This document shows, piece after piece, positions 58,254-64,000 of a DNA stretch of 64,000 nt. The stretch comes from Armatimonadota bacterium (GTDB lineage Bacteria; Armatimonadota; SYMT01): assembly GCA_041690135.1 (NCBI GenBank), contig JAWLHY010000001.1:1344001-1408000 (forward strand), given 5' to 3'. Position 1 is the stretch's first letter, and each line of letters starts with the position of its first letter. A program made the position numbers and the translations under genes. Below the pieces are notes generated by a model that was given only the letters and a program-made list of their open reading frames with translations, was not told where the DNA came from and ran no database searches.

Positions 58254-59651
58254 GTGCTTATCCCCTGCCCGGCATGTGAGAACCAGGTATCGGTACAGGC
58301 GCCCATCTGTCCCCGGTGCGGCCATCCGATAGCCTCCGGTGTTGAGGGGGGGAGACTGGAAGCCGCGCACCCCCCGGACCTGGCCTCTTACGCGGCTCCA
58401 CCGGGAGTTCACCAGGAGGGGGCACCGTTTCCGCCCAATAACATCGGCATCTCCGGCGTGGATGCTTCGCGCTCCGCGGCAGAGGAGAGTGTGCCCGGGG
58501 AGGCGACGCCAGGGCAGGTGCAGGAAGCGTCTGCGAATCTTGTGGAGGCACCCGCATCCGGACCCGATGCAGCGGTTCCTTGCGGAACAGAGGCAGTTCC
58601 CGCCCCTGCTTCCGAAGCGCGGCAGCCCGATCCCCCAGTTTCAGCGCCATCGCCAGCCGCGGGGATCCCCCAGCGGGCACGCGAGATTCCTGGAAGCGTG
58701 CCCGCCGCCGTGACCATCCTCTTGTTGATGGTGGTCGACGTGGCAGCCTATCTGATGGTGGAAGAAGCGCGCCAGGGGCCGCGCGCCTCCATTTGCGGCG
58801 CACTGATTGTCGCGTTGGGTCTTCTCTTCGGAGGACCCGGATTTCGGACCTGGGGCGTCTTCGCCTTCTCGGCAGGGCTGCTTCTCTGGCCGCTAATCCT
58901 GGCCTCCGGATTGCGGGGACAGGCCGTACCTTCCGATTATGTGAGCATCCTGCCCAACATCGGGATCATTATGCTGCTTTCGGGCATTCCAAGCCGCCGG
59001 CGCATCCGGGCCGGCGTGGGCGTGGTAGTAGCGGCAATGGCCCTTTCGTTTGGCGTAGGGGTGCTGGAGGGATTACACCCGGAGTGGGGACGCTCACTTC
59101 CAACGACGTTACCGGATGCCGAGGCCCCGCCACTCGAGGGCGCGACCACGCACTTTGTGCTTCCTGACCAGTTCGGCGGGCTTGCGCTCGACGTGCCCGC
59201 GGAGTATCCGCAGTTCTATGAGGATCCGTCACAGGCGACCACGGAAAAGTCCAAATACCTGGAAGCTTCCGCACTCTACACCATGGACCCAGAGCGGGTG
59301 TTCATTGTCGCGTACGCCCTCACCCCCGACGGCGATTACGACATCAACAAAGGCGCCGACGGCGTAGAGGAGAATGCCAGGAGCGAGCACCCGGAGTTCA
59401 AGCTGCTTTCGCGTAAGCGTGCGAAAGTAGCGGGCCTCGACTCGGTGCGGCTCATCACCCGGATCGCCTCCGACCCGCCCGACTACCTGCGCTACGAGCT
59501 TCTCCGCGATGGGCGCTATGTTTACATCTTTGGCGCTCATGCATCGGAGGCTTCCGATTTGACCACGGGTCAAGTCCAGAAGATGTTCGCCTCGATCCGG
59601 TTAGGCGACCTGCCGGAACCGACAGCCTGGGAAGCGAAAGGCGGCGAATAG
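58254..59651 (+). CDS. Membrane protein: zinc ribbon, Pro/Ala linker, about 5 TMs, extracytoplasmic domain
   Basis: CPAC..CPRCG at the N-terminus; hydrophobic core; RBS AGGAG. Confidence 0.7.
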   Translation: MLIPCPACENQVSVQAPICPRCGHPIASGVEGGRLEAAHPPDLASYAAPPGVHQEGAPFPPNNIGISGVDASRSAAEESVPGEATPGQVQEASANLVEAPASGPDAAVPCGTEAVPAPASEARQPDPPVSAPSPAAGIPQRAREIPGSVPAAVTILLLMVVDVAAYLMVEEARQGPRASICGALIVALGLLFGGPGFRTWGVFAFSAGLLLWPLILASGLRGQAVPSDYVSILPNIGIIMLLSGIPSRRRIRAGVGVVVAAMALSFGVGVLEGLHPEWGRSLPTTLPDAEAPPLEGATTHFVLPDQFGGLALDVPAEYPQFYEDPSQATTEKSKYLEASALYTMDPERVFIVAYALTPDGDYDINKGADGVEENARSEHPEFKLLSRKRAKVAGLDSVRLITRIASDPPDYLRYELLRDGRYVYIFGAHASEASDLTTGQVQKMFASIRLGDLPEPTAWEAKGGE

Positions 59652-59654
59652 ATT

Positions 59655-59837
59655 GTGGAATTCGCAAATCGCGCGTTCCCGAATACACGCAGCATCGAAG
59701 TCAGGGACCTCGCTCCTGTCGGGAAGGAGACGACCCACGAGATCATCCTGAGTGACGGGCGCCGCGGCAAATTCGAGGTCCTGTGGGAGACCGGCAAGAG
59801 TCGGCCCAAGCCGCGAATCCTATCGATCACACGGTGA
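59655..59837 (+). CDS. Small hypothetical protein or gene fragment
   Basis: 60-aa ORF starting 3 nt after the upstream stop. Confidence 0.35.
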   Translation: MEFANRAFPNTRSIEVRDLAPVGKETTHEIILSDGRRGKFEVLWETGKSRPKPRILSITR

Positions 59838-59932
59838 GCCATTCAGGACCCGGAGCTCGGCCGGGTCCTGTAATCATCCCTGCTGCCGAGCGGGCCGCGT
59901 TCTGGGAGTCTTCAGGCTGCGGGTCGAAGCAG

Positions 59933-61648
59933 TCAGAGCAGCCGGCCGGCTGGGCCGGCGGGGTGCCAGGCTTCGATGTCCGGCTCCTTGTCGAGCGGCA
60001 TATAGTACTCGCGGGTCAGGGTCTCCCGGAGCTGCGGCAGGACGTCTTTCCGGGCGAGGATGAGCACGTATCCCCCACCCCCGGCACCCATCAGGCCCGC
60101 GCCCAGCACGCCGGGAACGCGCTGGGAAAGATCCACCAGGCGGTCGAGCTCCCAAATACTGGCACCGTAGAACCCCGGCTCGTGCCGGAGGGCGCGCTCT
60201 TCGCCGGAAATAACGGCCTGGAGGGACTCTGAAAGGAAGCCGTCCGCGAGGCGTTCGCGACTGGTCCGATACTCTTCATCCCCGGTAAAGAGGCGGTCGC
60301 CGTCGTGCGTGATCGACATCAGGCGCCCGAACTCCGCCATGGCATTGGGATCGGCCGCATCCAGCAGGTCCGGCATCTCGCGACCGCGGTCGACGCGTCC
60401 CAGGCCGTAGACGGCTGCTCCGCGCAGCGGGATATCCTGGGGCACCTGCGCGGGGTCCTCGGTGCCGAAGCAGCCGCGCGCGGCGGCACCGAACACTTCG
60501 GGGAAGCGCTGGGCCAGTTCCACGCCCGATACGGACTCCGGCAGCCGCAGAAGGAGGCGGTAGAGGTCCGCGGGAGCGATCCGCCCGGTGTGCAGGTCGC
60601 CCAGGCTGTACGTCTCCGCGATGACTTCCGGCGGCAATCCCAGGGCTGCCATCTCCTCTTTGAGGGCCAGGAAGGCGAAGCGGTAGGCGAAGATACCCCG
60701 GTTGAAGAGAAGGCGCTCCTCGGCGCTCTTCTCGCTGCGGGTCTGTGAGTTGGCGACGATCAACTGGTAGTCGGCCGGGAAGCGCGAGTATTTCACGCCG
60801 CGCACGCCGAACGGTGCCCGGAAGCAGAGGTGGGTCAACCCTTCCGGGTTGCCGAGCAGCATCGACGCGTGATCGCCGGAGCCGCCCCGCGTCCCCACAT
60901 ACCACTCCGCCTCTCCGCAGCGCTCGGCGAGTTGGCGCCGGTCGGCCGCGACCTGGCCCAACTGCGCCAGCGCCAGGATCGACGTAACGACCAGGGCCGA
61001 TGAAGAGCTCTGGCCGCCGCCCTGCGTGATGTTACCGTTCAGGGTGAGGCGCAGGCCGGGAAGCGGCGCTTTGCCATGGGCGTGGTGCATCCGCATCACG
61101 CCGGCCTTCACATAGTTGATGGTCCCGCGACGATCCCGTTCCTGGGCCTTCGCGTCGAGGTTGCGGCGGACCTCCGCCACCACGGCGGGGGTCTCCAGGT
61201 AACTGAACCAATCCGCCATCCATGCGGCGCGGTCCCGAGCGATCTCTTCTTCGACGGAAAAAGCCAGCCTTGTGTGGAAACGCGGGTCGCAATTGGTAAT
61301 CTCAACCCGGTCGTCTTCCGCCGGCGCCACCACGGTCAGCAACTCGCGGACGTGCAATCCGTAAGGCACCCATGCCCCCTGGTGGTCCGAGTGGGGGTTG
61401 AGGGAGATCCGGGAAGGCGACCGGTAAAGCGCACAGGGGCGATCACCGTAACTTTCCAGGAAACGGTCCAGCACCTGGAGGGCCGCCGCCCTTCGCTCCT
61501 GGACCACCTCGGGATCGCGCCCGTAGATCTGCGCGAACCGGTCCTGGACCGTGGCCGTGTCTAGGGCTATGGCGGAGTGGAGTTCCGCGGCCGGCGTCAG
61601 CGACGCGGGCTCATTTGGCAACGCTGAAGGGAATATCGAATCGGGCAT
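59933..61648 (-). CDS. Divergent GHMP-family sugar kinase (galactokinase-like)
   Basis: SRISLNPHSDH, GGGQSSSSALVV, AEWYVGTRGGSGDH, GAGLMGAGGGG. Confidence 0.8.
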   Translation of the reverse strand: MPDSIFPSALPNEPASLTPAAELHSAIALDTATVQDRFAQIYGRDPEVVQERRAAALQVLDRFLESYGDRPCALYRSPSRISLNPHSDHQGAWVPYGLHVRELLTVVAPAEDDRVEITNCDPRFHTRLAFSVEEEIARDRAAWMADWFSYLETPAVVAEVRRNLDAKAQERDRRGTINYVKAGVMRMHHAHGKAPLPGLRLTLNGNITQGGGQSSSSALVVTSILALAQLGQVAADRRQLAERCGEAEWYVGTRGGSGDHASMLLGNPEGLTHLCFRAPFGVRGVKYSRFPADYQLIVANSQTRSEKSAEERLLFNRGIFAYRFAFLALKEEMAALGLPPEVIAETYSLGDLHTGRIAPADLYRLLLRLPESVSGVELAQRFPEVFGAAARGCFGTEDPAQVPQDIPLRGAAVYGLGRVDRGREMPDLLDAADPNAMAEFGRLMSITHDGDRLFTGDEEYRTSRERLADGFLSESLQAVISGEERALRHEPGFYGASIWELDRLVDLSQRVPGVLGAGLMGAGGGGYVLILARKDVLPQLRETLTREYYMPLDKEPDIEAWHPAGPAGRLL

Positions 61649-62009
61649 CGGGTTGGCTCTGGCGGGATACGGTAACCGCGGCCTCCCACTTGCCGTTCAT
61701 CCCGGTCGAAAGCTCGTTGGCTTCATAGCGACCGGGCGCCGTTTCCGTGCAACTGGCGGTGGGGCCGGGCTGGTTCATCGACTTGTAGAACAGCGCCAGG
61801 TTCACCCGGGCGCCCGTGATGGGAGCGTTGTTCTCAGTCAAGATGACGGCAAAACCGCTGTCATGCCCTACACGCGGAGGGTCCGGATTTGTCTCCAGCC
61901 TCGCCTGCAGAACCCCCACCGAACGGACCCGCTCGTCCGTTCCCTTTTCTTTGCCGCCGCATCCGGCCGTGAGTACCACAGCCAACAACCCTGGAAACAC
62001 GCCACGCAT
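61611..62009 (-). CDS. YtkA/FixH-like lipoprotein
   Basis: Lipobox LTAGC; PITGARV..SM..PGRYEA..MNGKW. Confidence 0.75.
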   Translation of the reverse strand: MRGVFPGLLAVVLTAGCGGKEKGTDERVRSVGVLQARLETNPDPPRVGHDSGFAVILTENNAPITGARVNLALFYKSMNQPGPTASCTETAPGRYEANELSTGMNGKWEAAVTVSRQSQPDARFDIPFSVAK

Positions 62010-62020
62010 AACCCCTCCCT

Positions 62021-62036
62021 GTGTCGCATGCGACAC
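62021..62036. promoter_or_regulatory. Perfect 16-bp palindrome next to the lipoprotein RBS (possible operator)
   Basis: GTGTCGCATGCGACAC. Confidence 0.4.
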
Positions 62037-62173
62037 TCTGGCTGAGTTCGGCGCGCGGCGTCTCATTCCCTGGAGAGATCCGGCAATCGCCTGGATGCGG
62101 ACCGGGCAACAACGCTCCCGATGCTCAACATCCACGGTGCCGATCTGCGCCACCTGCGTGCATGGCGATCCGA

Positions 62174-62620
62174 TTACGATGCGGTTACCGGTGCCTCGCC
62201 GGCCCCTTCGATCCAGACCTCCCCACCCTCCCAGACTTCGCGCTTCCAGATCGGGACGCGCTCCTTCAGGGTGTCGATGGCGTACCGGCAGGCCTCGAAC
62301 GCTTCGCCGCGGTGGCCGCACGCCGCCGCGATCAGGACACTGGGTTCTCCGATCTCCAGGCGCCCCACCCGGTGCAGGATCGCGATCCGCCCTTCCCAGC
62401 GGGCGACCACCTCTTCGGCGATCCCGAACATCTCCTTCTCCGCCATGGGACGGTAGGCATCGTACTCGAGGTATTCCACCTGCCGGCCCCGGTTGTTGTT
62501 GCGGACGTTCCCGCTGAAGGTCACCACCGCGCCCATGTCGGGAGCCTCGACAAAGGCCACCAACGGCGCGGGATCGAGAGGCGCCTCTGAAATTTCCACC
62601 CAGATCCGTTCGTTCTTCAT
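62174..62620 (-). CDS. moaE: Molybdopterin synthase catalytic subunit
   Basis: GAVVTFSGNVR, LEYDAY, HRVGRL, HRGEAF, LKERVPIWKRE. Confidence 0.96.
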   Translation of the reverse strand: MKNERIWVEISEAPLDPAPLVAFVEAPDMGAVVTFSGNVRNNNRGRQVEYLEYDAYRPMAEKEMFGIAEEVVARWEGRIAILHRVGRLEIGEPSVLIAAACGHRGEAFEACRYAIDTLKERVPIWKREVWEGGEVWIEGAGEAPVTAS

Positions 62621-62792
62621 CTAAACCCCCACCGTTGGAACCTCAACCGCCGCGTCTCTCGGAAGGCGACTGAAGTCGCAAGCTGAAAAGGCACTAAGTC
62701 GGCACCCCCTCGGGGCATAAACCTGCGCCGACTCACAAGCGCGGACACATGGCGATGTCTTGCTCTGGGACATGCACAATGTGGACCTGGTA

Positions 62793-63038
62793 TCAGCCGC
62801 CGCTTACCGGAGGGATAAAACTGACCTCATCACCTTCGGACACCGGGTCCGCCCAGCGACCGTACTCCAGGTTGCGTGCGGGGCGGCAGATTTCGGGGAT
62901 CCAGTCCAGCACGGGAAACTGCTCCACGAGAGCCAGCGCCACATCCCGGAGGGTCGCTCCCGTGGGGACCTCCACCTGCACATCGCGGACCCCGCTTTGC
63001 GTGGCCGCGCGCCCGAATAGCTCCACTCTCACGTTCAC
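62793..63038 (-). CDS. moaD: Molybdopterin synthase sulfur carrier
   Basis: Ubiquitin-like size; C-terminal GDEVSFIPPVSGG; adjacent to moaE. Confidence 0.93.
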   Translation of the reverse strand: MNVRVELFGRAATQSGVRDVQVEVPTGATLRDVALALVEQFPVLDWIPEICRPARNLEYGRWADPVSEGDEVSFIPPVSGG

Positions 63039-63098
63039 GGTCGCCGCTATCCTTCCTCGGCCGGACACCAGGGAGCGGTGCCGGTCGGCCGCGAAGGA

Positions 63099-63107
63099 AG
63101 TATAGCA
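63099..63107 (-). promoter_or_regulatory. Extended -10 promoter for moaD
   Basis: TGCTATACT, identical to the tRNA promoter -10; no clear -35. Confidence 0.55.
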
Positions 63108-63189
63108 CCGACCCGCGCCGAATGTTTGCCCGGCCGCGGGTGAGGCCGTGCGCGAGGTGACAGGTGTAAGGGGGGCGTTTCCGCACCCC

Positions 63190-63676
63190 TGTAGGTTCAG
63201 GCGGTGTTGGTCGGCCGACCAGTGCCACATCTGTTGGGCATTTGCCTTTGGGTTAGCTCGGTTCCGGAGTGTTGCCTCGGCTGGCGAGACCGGTACCGTG
63301 TCCATCACCAGGCCGGGACGGAGATCCGGCCCTACATGCCGCGCGACCCTGGCATGTGTGATGGCATGCTGGCGAGCACGCACCTGGGTTAGGGGACCTT
63401 GCCGTCTCGTTGTTCCCGGCACGATGTAGGGCAGGCTTTCCGATGCCTGCCCCGACATGGGCTTTTCCTCCGTAATGCCGGACGGTAACGACTGCAGGGT
63501 CGCGTGGCCAGAGGCGTGTGCCTCTGGAACAGAACCATTGGCGTTGGATCGGTTCCACGATGCTGTCCCGGCCGGCCAGACTGGCGGAGTGTCCATAGCC
63601 AGGCCGGGACAGAGATACGGCCCTACATTTCACGGACCCTTGGACAACTGGGGGCACGTCGTTGGCTGCACGCACT
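63190..63676. repeat. REP/BIME-like cluster upstream of the RAYT gene (about 291-bp period)
   Basis: GTGTCCAT..CCAGGCCGGGACRGAGATMCGGCCCTACAT at about 63298 and 63589; opposed GTAGGGCAGGC..GCCTGCCC at 63426. Confidence 0.8.
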
Positions 63677-63782
63677 TGCGCGGTAGACCTCCCGGTGAAG
63701 GTGCCGACTGCTGCCCTGACTAATCGTTATGCGGTATACAGCCTGGCCAGCATGCCAGGCCCCGAGTCCCGTGGATTCGCGA

Positions 63783-64000
63783 ATGCCACGCTATGACGAT
63801 TTCGATGAAGTCACCGACTTTCTGAACGCTCGGGACCTGCGCCGCAGCCGGAGGCGGAAGAACCATCACCTGGATGCTCCTGCCTACAGGCAGGTCGAGC
63901 CCTGCTACTGCCTCACGCTCTGTGCTCGCTCCCACGGCAAGCCGTTTCTGTTGAACTCGGTTGCCGCGGAGGTAGTCCAGGCCATCCGGCACCCTCGCGA
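63783..64000 (+). mobile_element. 5' part of a REP-associated tyrosine transposase (RAYT, IS200-like Y1), running off the window
   Basis: Open frame absent from the ORF track: MPRYDD...RRKNHHLDAPAYRQVEPCYCLTLCARSHGKPFL..VAAEVVQAI, matching the RAYT N-terminal RK..L..Y...Y.xT.C...F pattern; flanked by REPs. Confidence 0.75.

Noticed and set aside
63040-63190. Moco riboswitch upstream of moaD
   Set aside because: The leader between the -10 element and the start is only about 55 nt and shows no recognisable motif
63720-63992. 90-aa minus-strand ORF at the window end
   Set aside because: Antisense to the RAYT-like frame, which has the recognisable motif

Overview
GC-rich bacterial chromosomal window. 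The gene content (futalosine-type menaquinone genes, planctomycete-type cytochrome c domain, DUF3500-like protein, PilGHI-like ABC system, WhiG/FliA-type sigma) suggests a Terrabacteria or PVC-like soil organism such as Armatimonadota; this is an inference only. Core genes: accA (partial), a sigma-28 factor, tRNA-Arg(GCG), pyc, uxaA-like, lepB, cutA, a long minus-strand run (mqnL-mqnP-rnhA-pentapeptide-pyrF-dgt-atl-larA-like-HIT-rraA) and moaD-moaE. There are two accessory patches: 23.3-28.8 kb is a co-oriented array of small immunity-like genes (SMI1/KNR4, WD40, orphans) with no toxin, and 37.6-47.7 kb holds a P450, DHH, dehydrogenase and gene remnants. Many GTAG-footed REP-like palindromes are scattered in intergenic DNA, and a RAYT-type transposase gene that the ORF track missed starts at 63783. 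The most unusual items are: (1) a self-contained ~70-nt transcription unit at 14.5 kb whose core is complementary to a perfect Shine-Dalgarno plus AUG; (2) the toxin-less immunity array bracketed by inverted REPs; (3) a GCG-anticodon tRNA-Arg. All protein calls come from motif recognition by eye; no searches were run.
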